From contig CACNTB010000002.1 in the NCBI GenBank assembly GCA_902623305.1, positions 42,656 to 106,655 of the forward strand: 64,000 nucleotides of DNA. The letters run 5' to 3'. Position 1 is the first letter of the stretch. Each line of letters starts with the position of its first letter. The notes under the pieces are model-generated. The model saw only the letters and a program-made list of their open reading frames with translations, ran no database searches and was not told the origin of the DNA. The position numbers were made by a program, and so were the translations under genes. Positions 39,037 through 48,238 of the stretch are shown here, piece by piece. Source of the stretch: an uncultured Pelagibacteraceae bacterium. GTDB lineage: Bacteria; Pseudomonadota; Alphaproteobacteria; Pelagibacterales; Pelagibacteraceae.

Positions 39037-39801
39037 CTATCCAATCATTAACATTCCACCATTTATGTGGATTATTTGACCAGTTACATAAGAGGAATAA
39101 TTAGACCCAAGAAATAAAGCAGTTCCAGAAATATCCTTAGGAAGTCCAATTCTGTTTAAAGGTATTTTGGCTAAATGTTTTTTTTCTGTTTCACGCATTG
39201 GCCTTGCATGCATAGGTGTTTGTATAATTCCTGGAGCTATGGCATTTACATTAATTTTGAATTTAGCACACTCGTATGCCATAATTTTAGTTATTATATG
39301 TACCATCGATTTTGTTACTGAATAATCTGATCCACCTCCTTGAGCTTTAAATACCGCTCCATGTGAAGAAAGCGAAGACCCAATATTAATAATCTTACCT
39401 TTGTTTTTCTTAAGACTAAAATTAATTAATATCCTTGATATTTCTATTACTTTAATAGAATTAAAGTTAATTAAATTGTTTAAATTATTAATATCAGTTT
39501 CAATTAAATTTTTTGCTGATTTCATGCCCGCATTATTAACTAAAATATTTATATTTTTAAAATTTTTTGGAAGTTTTTTTAAATAATTTTTTAAATCATT
39601 TAAATTTATTAGATCTAGTTTTTCAATTAAAATTTTATTTTTATACCTTTTTCTTAAATTTAATAATTTTTTTGTATTAATATCTAATGCAATTACTTTT
39701 GCTCCATGATTTAGATATTCTCTTGCAATTTCTAAACCAATTCCTCTACCAGAACCGGTTATCAAAACAGTTTTATTTTTAAAATAATTTTGAAAATTCA
39801 T
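39037..39801 (-). CDS. Short-chain dehydrogenase/reductase
   Basis: TGSGRGIG, LVNNAG, YSVTK, VNAIAPG, TGQIIHINGG. Confidence 0.9.
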   Translation of the reverse strand: MNFQNYFKNKTVLITGSGRGIGLEIAREYLNHGAKVIALDINTKKLLNLRKRYKNKILIEKLDLINLNDLKNYLKKLPKNFKNINILVNNAGMKSAKNLIETDINNLNNLINFNSIKVIEISRILINFSLKKNKGKIINIGSSLSSHGAVFKAQGGGSDYSVTKSMVHIITKIMAYECAKFKINVNAIAPGIIQTPMHARPMRETEKKHLAKIPLNRIGLPKDISGTALFLGSNYSSYVTGQIIHINGGMLMIG

Positions 39802-40720
39802 TTTTTTTAATTAGTTTAGATCTTATTAATTCATTTAGCGTGGGCATTGCTGGTTGACATCCTTTTTTTGTAGTGCTCAAAGAACCAACTAAAATTGACA
39901 ATTTTAAAGCGTCTTTTCCAGATAAACCTTTGCTTAAACCAAAAGCTAAAGCACCATTGAAAGCATCACCAGCTCCAGTAGTATCGATTGCCTTTATCTT
40001 TGGTGCATTTATATATATTTCATTATTATCAATTAAAGCATAAGCTCCACTTTCGCCTAAAGTTATTATTACATTTTTACAACCAAAATTTTTTAATTTT
40101 TTTGCAGCTTTTTTTGCATTATTTTTATTTTTGATTTTTATATTAGTTAGCTCAAATGCTTCATGCTCATTTGGAGTGATGTAATCAACTTTTTTAAAAT
40201 CTTTTTTACTTAATTTACCTGTGACTGGAGCTGGATTAAAAATTGTAATTAATTGTTTATTTTTCGACAATCTAAGAATTTCTTTAATTGAATCTATGGG
40301 TATACCCATTTCACAGACCACAATATCGTTTTTTTTTAGCAGTTTTAATGCTTTACTGATTTCTGTTTTGGGCATTTTTTCATTTAGTCCTGGAGCAATC
40401 CCTATAAGATTTCTGGCCTTTTCATCAACAAATATTAACGCAACACCTGACTTATTATTTTTGACAATCTTAATAGCCTTTGTTTTTACACCGTCAGAAA
40501 CTAAAGACGAATATAAGTATCTTCCTGCCATGTCATTTGACAATCTAGTATAAAAAAAAGGTTTGTTACCAAGTTTTGAACAAGCCACTGCTTGATTTGC
40601 CCCTTTACCACCTGCGTTCTGCTCAAAGTTACCTTTAATTGTGACACCTTCTACAGGCAATAATTTACTATAGATAAAATAGTCTAAATTTGTAGTTCCA
40701 CAGAATAAAACCTTTTTCAT
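39779..40720 (-). CDS. Ribokinase-like PfkB family sugar kinase
   Basis: GGKGANQAVA, NPAP, TPNEHEA, ITLGESG, DTTGAGDAFNG; start reassigned to ATG 40720. Confidence 0.88.
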   Translation of the reverse strand: MKKVLFCGTTNLDYFIYSKLLPVEGVTIKGNFEQNAGGKGANQAVACSKLGNKPFFYTRLSNDMAGRYLYSSLVSDGVKTKAIKIVKNNKSGVALIFVDEKARNLIGIAPGLNEKMPKTEISKALKLLKKNDIVVCEMGIPIDSIKEILRLSKNKQLITIFNPAPVTGKLSKKDFKKVDYITPNEHEAFELTNIKIKNKNNAKKAAKKLKNFGCKNVIITLGESGAYALIDNNEIYINAPKIKAIDTTGAGDAFNGALAFGLSKGLSGKDALKLSILVGSLSTTKKGCQPAMPTLNELIRSKLIKKNEFSKLF

Positions 40721-41577
40721 TATTTTACAGCTCCAAAAGTTAAACCTTTTACAAAATGTTTCTGTCCTAAAAATATAAGTAGGATAGGAACTATCATTGA
40801 TATTACCAGACCACACGCCATTACTGGATAAAAATTTATTCCTGGATTTAATAATTTTAAAAGTGCAACTGTGACAGGAGCCTTTTTGCTTGCAAGTAAT
40901 AAACCCAAAGCAAAATTATGCCAAGCTAATAAAAAAACTAATAAACTTGCTCCAACTAAACCAGGTCGTAATAAGGGTAAAATTATTTTATAGATCACAT
41001 GTAAAACACTTGCACCATCAACAAAAGCAGCTTCTTCTAATTCTATAGGAATATCTTCAACATATACTCTTGTAAGCCAAATTATCATTGGTAAAGTTAT
41101 GACTTGATATACCCAAACCATCCCAAAATAAGTATCCTTAATTCCTAATTTTGTAAAAAAATAAAACATTGGAATGATAACAAGTATTAAAGGAGCAAAT
41201 CTAAATCCTAAAATAAAAAAACCAATATCTTCTTTAAATTTGAAGTTTGATCTAGCTAAAATATACCCCGCTGGTATACCAATTATTAACGAAACTAGTA
41301 CAGCACCACCCGATATAATTACACTATTTAATATAGGTTCTAAAAAATTAATTCTTATAGTTCCATAATTAGAAGATCCAGCAACAGAAATATCAAATAA
41401 TACTTTATAATTGTCTAAAGTCGGTTCAAAAATGAAAACTGGTGGCCATTCCATTACCTGAGCTGATGATTTTAAAGACATTAAGAAAATCCAAAAAATT
41501 GGAAATATAATTATTATAGCCGCAACTAATACCAATAAATTTAAAAATAAATTTTTTAAGTTAAAATTAAATTTCAT
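40720..41577 (-). CDS. Carbohydrate ABC permease
   Basis: IPIELEEAAFVDGAS; terminal GLTFGAVK. Confidence 0.9.
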   Translation of the reverse strand: MKFNFNLKNLFLNLLVLVAAIIIIFPIFWIFLMSLKSSAQVMEWPPVFIFEPTLDNYKVLFDISVAGSSNYGTIRINFLEPILNSVIISGGAVLVSLIIGIPAGYILARSNFKFKEDIGFFILGFRFAPLILVIIPMFYFFTKLGIKDTYFGMVWVYQVITLPMIIWLTRVYVEDIPIELEEAAFVDGASVLHVIYKIILPLLRPGLVGASLLVFLLAWHNFALGLLLASKKAPVTVALLKLLNPGINFYPVMACGLVISMIVPILLIFLGQKHFVKGLTFGAVK

Positions 41578-42456
41578 TTAACTCACTCTCTTTCTTGCCA
41601 TCTGATATAATTTTATTGTTATTAGTGCTCCAATTAATACAAGCCACCAATTAACAAACAAAATCGCCGTACCTCTTCCAAAATTTAAATTTTGGAATGA
41701 TTGTATGTAAGCATATATAGAATAGACTGTCGTTGCTTTTGCAGGCCCACCACCTGTTGTACCTATAAAAATATCAAATTGATTAAAAGACTCAATTACT
41801 CTAAAAACAGCAGCTATCAGTACATATGGCATCATAAAAGGTAATTCTATTTTCCAGAATGTTATCCATGCACCTGCACCAGCTTCTTGGGCAGCTTCCT
41901 TCATTTCTTGATTAACTCCAAGCAAACCTGCATAGATAATTAAAGTAAAAAAAGGAGTGTATGTCCAAACATCTATAAAAATAACTGAAAGCATTGCGGT
42001 TGAATATTCTGAAATCCACATAAAAGGCTCAATGCCAATTAAACTTAAAAAATAATTTAAAACACCTCTTTCAGGATTCATCATAGTTGTCCACATAAGA
42101 GCCACACTCATAGGTGGAAGCACAAGTGGTAGTAAAATTATAGGTCTAAATATTTTTGCAAAAAAAACTTTTGTTGAGAATAATTTTGCGAGCAAAATAC
42201 CTATAAATGCCTGAACAATTACTGCTACTAAAGTAAAGTAGACTGTCAATTTTGTCGATTTCCAAAATAAAGGATTTTTCCACAGATAAATATAATTCTT
42301 TAAGCCTGCAAAATTAACCGTTGGTTTTCCAAGCTTTAAATCTGTAAAAGAAAGATAAACACCATAAAAAAAAACAAACAAAAAACATAATAGTACTAAT
42401 ACACTAGGTAGTATTAAAAAATTTTTTAAAGAATTTTCTTCTGATTGTTTAATCAT
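41578..42456 (-). CDS. Carbohydrate ABC permease
   Basis: DVWTYTPF, EAAQEAGAG, TGGGP motifs. Confidence 0.9.
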   Translation of the reverse strand: MIKQSEENSLKNFLILPSVLVLLCFLFVFFYGVYLSFTDLKLGKPTVNFAGLKNYIYLWKNPLFWKSTKLTVYFTLVAVIVQAFIGILLAKLFSTKVFFAKIFRPIILLPLVLPPMSVALMWTTMMNPERGVLNYFLSLIGIEPFMWISEYSTAMLSVIFIDVWTYTPFFTLIIYAGLLGVNQEMKEAAQEAGAGAWITFWKIELPFMMPYVLIAAVFRVIESFNQFDIFIGTTGGGPAKATTVYSIYAYIQSFQNLNFGRGTAILFVNWWLVLIGALITIKLYQMARKRVS

Positions 42457-42474
42457 ATTTTATTTAAAAATATA

Positions 42475-42507
42475 AGCTTGAGGGCGTATGTCAACGCCCT
42501 CATAGCT
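42475..42507 (-). terminator. GC-rich stem-loop between SBP and permease genes
   Basis: TGAGGGCGT-ATGTCA-ACGCCCTCA flanked by AGCT/AGCT. Confidence 0.65.
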
Positions 42508-42529
42508 AACTAAGGAAGATATAAATTTA

Positions 42530-43876
42530 TTAAATTCCCGCTCTGATGCTTCCAGCAAGTTCTTTCAATGTTTCCTCAACAGGTCTGCCATTGACCATTT
42601 CTTGCATAGCAACTGACCAAGCATTCATTGCTTCTCCAAATCCATATCTTGGAGTGAAAAATAGTTCTGCTCTATCCTGAACTTCCATGAATGTATCATA
42701 GTAATTATTGAATTCAGGCTGGTTAGCATATTTTTTCCAATCCGCACTATCCCATGTTGATTTTCTAATAGGATTAACCATCTTACCCATCATGGCTCCA
42801 TCTAAAACCATCTTCTTAGAAGTTGCCCATTGCATAAAGTACCAAGCTGGACCTTGTTTCTTAGAAGCAGAAGGCATCGTTATACACCAAATCCAAATAT
42901 TAGACTCAAAGTTTTTTGCCCCTGGTGCTGTTGGTGGAGGAGCAAATGATATTTTACCAGACGGATTTTTTCCATCAGGATCTTTAATGTTGTTCCAAAA
43001 ACCAAACATGTTAGCATCTACTGCCATTGCAGCATTACCAGAAGTTAATGCATCTACTACTTGATACCAGTTATCATTAGGCCAAGATTTTGCTGCACAT
43101 TCTTTGACCATAGCAACATAATCTTTATGGAATTTAATTGAAGCTTTAGAATCTAAACCTGTATCAGCAATTTTTCCGTCCTTCATTACATAGTCTACAA
43201 CTCCATAACTTTTAGCAATTGATGCTGGTGCTGTATGTACACTGCTCCAGAAATTAACACCTCTTAAAGCCATTGGAGTAATTCCTGGCTCTACTTGTTT
43301 TAATTTTTTACAAGTCGCTGTTAACTCAGGTAAAGTTTTAGGGGGTTTAATATTGTGTTTCCCTAAAATATCATTTCTGTACATTAGATTCATATTTTCA
43401 AATGAATGAGGTAAGCCCCATACTCCTTTACCATTTCCTACTACTTCTTCTCCTTTAACGTCCCAAGTCATAGCTGATCTTAAAGATGGATATATATCAT
43501 TGTAGTCATAGTCAGGATTTGTCATTGACGGATCATTTAAAAATTTACTTAAATCAACATTGTGATTTCCAACAGATGTATCCCATGTAGGCTGAACTCC
43601 TGTTCCAGCTACATCCCAAGCTCCCGAGTCGGTGGTTATTTCAAGATTTAATTTATTCCAATAAACGTCATCCGGAAATATTTGAGCATCAACTTTAATT
43701 CCTGTTAACGCTTCAAACTCAGGTAATTTTTCTACAAGTGCATCTACATAAGGATGAATGTCATATGCAAATACAATTTTTTCTCCAGCATATTTTTTCC
43801 AATCAAAATCTGCCAAAGCAAAAGTCGATATCATCGAAAACAATAATGCCGAAAAAAATATTTTTATTTTTTTCAT
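42530..43876 (-). CDS. Sugar ABC solute-binding protein
   Basis: Signal peptide ending ALA; FDWKKYAG; FEALTGIKV; LMYRNDIL; AWYFMQWATS. Confidence 0.9.
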   Translation of the reverse strand: MKKIKIFFSALLFSMISTFALADFDWKKYAGEKIVFAYDIHPYVDALVEKLPEFEALTGIKVDAQIFPDDVYWNKLNLEITTDSGAWDVAGTGVQPTWDTSVGNHNVDLSKFLNDPSMTNPDYDYNDIYPSLRSAMTWDVKGEEVVGNGKGVWGLPHSFENMNLMYRNDILGKHNIKPPKTLPELTATCKKLKQVEPGITPMALRGVNFWSSVHTAPASIAKSYGVVDYVMKDGKIADTGLDSKASIKFHKDYVAMVKECAAKSWPNDNWYQVVDALTSGNAAMAVDANMFGFWNNIKDPDGKNPSGKISFAPPPTAPGAKNFESNIWIWCITMPSASKKQGPAWYFMQWATSKKMVLDGAMMGKMVNPIRKSTWDSADWKKYANQPEFNNYYDTFMEVQDRAELFFTPRYGFGEAMNAWSVAMQEMVNGRPVEETLKELAGSIRAGI

Positions 43877-43952
43877 TTTTCCCCCAATTGTTATATAAGC
43901 AAAACTTAAAAATTCTTTATTAGTTAGTCAAACGATTAAAGACGATATAGTA

Positions 43953-43967
43953 ATCGATTTATTCGAT
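43953..43967. promoter_or_regulatory. Putative LysR-type operator (ATC-N9-GAT, T-N11-A)
   Basis: Interrupted palindrome ATCGA-TTTAT-TCGAT in the divergent spacer of a cluster that encodes a LysR. Confidence 0.5.
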
Positions 43968-44010
43968 ATATATATAGACATTGACAAATAATAGATTTTT
44001 TAAATTTGTT

Positions 44011-45699
44011 ATGACAAAAAAAATTGTAGATGTATTAGTAGTTGGATCTGGAATAGGTGGTCTCTCTTCAGGGTTGTTTTTATCAAAAAGAGGATTTGAT
44101 ACTTTAATTTGTGAAAAAAATAATTTTTATGGGGGCACTACAGCTTGGTCACAAGGAATGATTTGGATACCAAATACACATCATGCAAAAAAGGCTGGAA
44201 TAGATGATAATTATGAAAATGCAAAGAAATATTTAAAAAATGAGTTGGGTAATTTTTACAAAGAGGAGTTTGTAGACATTTTTTTGAAAAAAGGTCCAAT
44301 TGCTATTGAAGAGTTAGATAAAGATACTGATGTAAAATTTTCCTTATATGATACTCCAGATTATCATTCTAATGAGGCAGGGGGTGTGAAAACAGGAAGA
44401 TCATTATCTCCATTACCATTTGACGCAAAATTATTAGGTAAAGAATTTTTGAACATTAGATGGCCAATACCAAGAATGTTAGTTTTAGGTGGGATGATGG
44501 TTTCTACAAGTGAAGTTGCTACTTTCTTGAATCCATTTTCTTCTTTTAAAAAGTTAGGTCATATTATTAGAAGAATTTTTAGATATTCAATTGATAGAAT
44601 TAAATATCCAAGAGGAACTGAGTTAGGAAACGGCAACGCTTTAGTTGCAAGATGTGTATTTAGTTTAAAAAAAAATAATGTAGAATTATGGAAAAATTCA
44701 CCAATCAAAAAGTTAATATTTAATAATAATAAAGTATCAGGAGCAATAATTAGTAAAGATGGAAAAGATATAGTAGTAGAGAGTAAATATGGTGTAATAT
44801 TAGCAACGGGTGGTTTTGCTAATAACAAACAGCTCCGTGATGAAATTTGTAAAGGTTTTGAGCACTCAGAAACATTAGTTGATACTTCAAATACTGGCGA
44901 TGGTATAAGTGTTGCAAAAAATATCGGTGCTCAAATTGATAATGAAGTAGCTAGTCCAGGATATTGGACGCCAATTTCTTTAATGAAAAATAAAGATGAA
45001 AAATTGGTGGTACCATATGGGTGGTTTGATAGAGGAAGGCCAGGAATTATAGCAGTTAACGATGAAGGAAAAAGATTTGTAAATGAGTCAAATTCTTATC
45101 ACGATATAGTGTTTGCAATGTTTAACGACAGTTCAAAGAAAAATAATTTTCATTTTATTTGTGATAGCGCTTTTGTTAAAAAAAGAGGTTTGGGTTATTT
45201 GTTGCCTTGGCCGTGGACTATGAATGTTAAAAAATATGTTGATATGAATTATATTGTAAGAGCAAAAACTATTGAAGAATTAGCTGAAAAAATAAATGTT
45301 AACAAAGAAAATTTATTAAAAACAATAAAAAATAATAATGAATATTCAAAAACTGGTAAGGATTTAGAGTTTAACAGAGGTTATAGTTCATTTAATCATA
45401 AACTTGGAGATAAAAAAAATGCAAAAAATCCGAATTTGGGACCAATAAGTAAGGCTCCTTTTTATTCACTTAAAATTGAAGCAGCAACTTTAGGAACAGC
45501 TACTGGTTTAAAAACAGACGAAAATTGTAGAGTTTTCAATTCAAATGGCTCACCTATAGAAGGTTTGTTTGCTGCTGGAAATGATATGACTTCAATGATG
45601 AGAGGTTTTTATCCTGGAGGTGGAATTACAATTGGCCCAGCTATTGCATTTTCTTATCAGATAGCTGAATATATAAAAGGGATAAAAAATAATGGCTAA
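44011..45699 (+). CDS. FAD-dependent oxidoreductase (3-ketosteroid delta1-dehydrogenase / fumarate reductase flavoprotein-like)
   Basis: DVLVVGSGIGG, GGTTAWS.G.IWIP, GVILATGGF, NTGDG, GKRFVNES, GLFAAGND, YPGGGITIGPA; start reassigned to ATG 44011. Confidence 0.85.
   Translation: MTKKIVDVLVVGSGIGGLSSGLFLSKRGFDTLICEKNNFYGGTTAWSQGMIWIPNTHHAKKAGIDDNYENAKKYLKNELGNFYKEEFVDIFLKKGPIAIEELDKDTDVKFSLYDTPDYHSNEAGGVKTGRSLSPLPFDAKLLGKEFLNIRWPIPRMLVLGGMMVSTSEVATFLNPFSSFKKLGHIIRRIFRYSIDRIKYPRGTELGNGNALVARCVFSLKKNNVELWKNSPIKKLIFNNNKVSGAIISKDGKDIVVESKYGVILATGGFANNKQLRDEICKGFEHSETLVDTSNTGDGISVAKNIGAQIDNEVASPGYWTPISLMKNKDEKLVVPYGWFDRGRPGIIAVNDEGKRFVNESNSYHDIVFAMFNDSSKKNNFHFICDSAFVKKRGLGYLLPWPWTMNVKKYVDMNYIVRAKTIEELAEKINVNKENLLKTIKNNNEYSKTGKDLEFNRGYSSFNHKLGDKKNAKNPNLGPISKAPFYSLKIEAATLGTATGLKTDENCRVFNSNGSPIEGLFAAGNDMTSMMRGFYPGGGITIGPAIAFSYQIAEYIKGIKNNG
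45683..45692 (+). repeat. Right copy of 10-bp direct repeat TAAAAAATAA
   Basis: Matches 35230..35239; its last A is the A of the ATPase ATG. Confidence 0.4.
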
Positions 45700-46750
45700 T
45701 ATAAAATTTAACAACATTCATAAATCTTTTGGATCTAATAAAATAATAACTGACTTTAATTTATCAGGTAAAGATAACGAATTTTTAGTTTTGGTTGGAC
45801 CTTCAGGATGTGGAAAATCAACTTTGCTAAGAATGATTGCTGGACTTGAAAAAATTGATGAAGGAGAAATTCATATTAATGATCAAATAATAAATGAATT
45901 ACATCCTTCAAAAAGACAAACAGCTATGGTATTTCAAACTTATGCTCTTTACCCTCATATGAATGTTTATGAAAACATGTCTTTTGGATTAAAAATTGAA
46001 AAAAAAAGTAAAGAAGAAATTGAAACAAAGGTAATGCAGGCAGCAAAAATTCTGAAGATTGAGGAATTACTTGAGAGAAAACCCAAACAATTATCTGGAG
46101 GTCAAAGACAAAGGGTTGCAATAGGAAGAGCAATTACCAGAAATCCAAAAATTTTTTTATTTGATGAACCTTTGTCCAACCTTGATGCTGCTTTAAGGTC
46201 AGAAATGAGAGTAGAAATTTCAAAACTCCATAAGCAAATTAAAACTAATATGATTTACGTTACTCATGATCAAGTTGAGGCTATGACTTTGGCCGACAGG
46301 ATAGTGATTTTAAATCATGGAAATATTGAACAAGTGGGAAATCCTGATGAAATTTATAATGACCCAGCCAATGTATTTGTTGCACAGTTTATTGGTTCTC
46401 CAAAAATGAATATTCTCAAAATTAATAGTGATAATATTATTTCAGATAATCAAATAAATTTTTTAGGTAATAAAGTTACTATTGAGGGAATTAATTTTTC
46501 TAGAAATAATTATTATTTAGGTGTAAGACCTGAACATTTTAGTGTTTCCACAGATAGTGAATATAAATTTGAACCAAAAATTGATTTAATAGAAAATTTA
46601 GGTAATGAAAAAATTGCCTACATTAAAATAGATAATCATGACATAAGTGCGAAAATTTCTAGTCAAAACATGATAGGAAATACAATTGGCTTTAATTCAA
46701 AAAATATTTTTGTATTTGATGAAAATGGTAAAAGAATCAAATCTCAGTAA
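45692..46750 (+). CDS. MalK/UgpC-like sugar ABC ATP-binding protein
   Basis: GPSGCGKST, VFQTYALYPHM, LSGGQRQRVAIGRA, DEPLSNLDA, YVTHDQVEAMT, FIGSPKMN. Confidence 0.93.
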   Translation: MANIKFNNIHKSFGSNKIITDFNLSGKDNEFLVLVGPSGCGKSTLLRMIAGLEKIDEGEIHINDQIINELHPSKRQTAMVFQTYALYPHMNVYENMSFGLKIEKKSKEEIETKVMQAAKILKIEELLERKPKQLSGGQRQRVAIGRAITRNPKIFLFDEPLSNLDAALRSEMRVEISKLHKQIKTNMIYVTHDQVEAMTLADRIVILNHGNIEQVGNPDEIYNDPANVFVAQFIGSPKMNILKINSDNIISDNQINFLGNKVTIEGINFSRNNYYLGVRPEHFSVSTDSEYKFEPKIDLIENLGNEKIAYIKIDNHDISAKISSQNMIGNTIGFNSKNIFVFDENGKRIKSQ

Positions 46751-46821
46751 GTAAAATAAAGCTTTTTAACATACTACTTTAGCGCATAGTAATTTCTAAA
46801 ATAAGGGTTATCTAACCTTAT

Positions 46822-47499
46822 ATGATTGATCTCAACAAACATTTTAAGCCTAAAAACTTAAGTGACAAAGTTGCTTATTTATTTACAAAATTTTTAAGGT
46901 TTTTGGCAGATACTTTTTTTAAAAAAAGATATGGTCATAGAGCAGTAGTGCTTGAAACGGTAGCGGCAGTTCCAGGAATGGTAGCAGGAATGCTTTTACA
47001 CTTAAAATCTTTAAGAAAAATGGAAGATGACAAAGGTTGGATTAAAATACTTTTAGACGAGGCAGCAAACGAGAGAATGCATCTTATGACTTTTATTGAA
47101 ATTGCCAAACCAACACTTTTAGAGAGATTAATTATAATGATAGCACAATTTATTTTTATAATTATGTATATGATAATTTTTATTATCTCCCAAAGAACTG
47201 CACATAGGATTGTGGGATATTTCGAAGAAGAGGCAGTCATTAGTTATACAGAATATCTTAAGGAGTTAGAAAATGGAAAAATACAAGATCAAGCAGCTCC
47301 TGAAATTGCTATCAACTACTGGAACTTACCACTTCACTCAACACTAAAAGATGTTGTAAAAGCTATAAGAGATGATGAGGCTGGTCATAGAGATGTTAAT
47401 CATAGTTTCGCTTCAATTTTAGATGGAAGAAAAATCAATAATCAAAACAAAGATCATAAATTTTCAAATTATAATAAAAAAAAAATTATAAATGAGTAA
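46822..47499 (+). CDS. aox: Alternative oxidase (ubiquinol oxidase)
   Basis: [46 protein letters not shown] diiron motifs. Confidence 0.95.
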   Translation: MIDLNKHFKPKNLSDKVAYLFTKFLRFLADTFFKKRYGHRAVVLETVAAVPGMVAGMLLHLKSLRKMEDDKGWIKILLDEAANERMHLMTFIEIAKPTLLERLIIMIAQFIFIIMYMIIFIISQRTAHRIVGYFEEEAVISYTEYLKELENGKIQDQAAPEIAINYWNLPLHSTLKDVVKAIRDDEAGHRDVNHSFASILDGRKINNQNKDHKFSNYNKKKIINE

Positions 47500-48238
47500 T
47501 GAAAATAATTTTAAAACATTCTCTTTTTTTAATTATGAAAAAATTATAGCCTTATTCACTCACTTCTTAACTGGCTTTGGGGCATTGGCTGGTTTTTTTG
47601 CTTTAATTTCAGTGATAAATAATAGTCAGTCAACCACTTTTCTTTGGTTGGGTTTAGCATTCTTGATAGATAGTATTGATGGAACACTTGCTAGAAAGTT
47701 TAATGTAAAAAAAAACTTTCCAAATATTGATGGAAAGATGCTAGATAGTATTATTGATTTTTTTAATTATGTAATAGTACCAGCATTCATTATTTATTGG
47801 TTTAGATTAGTACCAGATAACTTTCTAATACTTATTCCCTCAATTTTGATTCTTGTTTCTATTTATTCTTATGTAAATTTGAACGTTATGACTAATGATC
47901 ATTATTATAATGGATTTCCAGCAATTTGGAATATAGTTGTTCTTTATTTTTATTTATTTGGAACCAACCAAATTACAAATCTAATTATATTGGTCTTATT
48001 ATTAATACTTAAATTTTCACCTTTAAAATGTATTCACCCTTTAAGAGTTAAAAAATTGAAAAATTTTTCAATATTTTTTACAATTGTTTGGTTTACTACG
48101 TCAGCAATTCTCATTATTTTAATGCAAACTAAAATCAAACCGATCTATGAATTATCATTTATGTTTGTTTGGGTAATTAGTAATTTTTACTTTATAGCTA
48201 TAAGTTTTTACAAAAGCTTTATAAATAAAAATTATTAA
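47492..48238 (+). CDS. pcs: Phosphatidylcholine synthase-like CDP-alcohol phosphotransferase
   Basis: DG-x2-AR-x8-P-x3-G-x3-D-x3-D ([27 protein letters not shown]), [13 protein letters not shown]. Confidence 0.8.
   Translation: MSNENNFKTFSFFNYEKIIALFTHFLTGFGALAGFFALISVINNSQSTTFLWLGLAFLIDSIDGTLARKFNVKKNFPNIDGKMLDSIIDFFNYVIVPAFIIYWFRLVPDNFLILIPSILILVSIYSYVNLNVMTNDHYYNGFPAIWNIVVLYFYLFGTNQITNLIILVLLLILKFSPLKCIHPLRVKKLKNFSIFFTIVWFTTSAILIILMQTKIKPIYELSFMFVWVISNFYFIAISFYKSFINKNY

Noticed and set aside
43981-44010. TTGACA as the -35 of the flavoprotein promoter
   Set aside because: No acceptable -10 hexamer at 16-18 nt spacing before the ATG.
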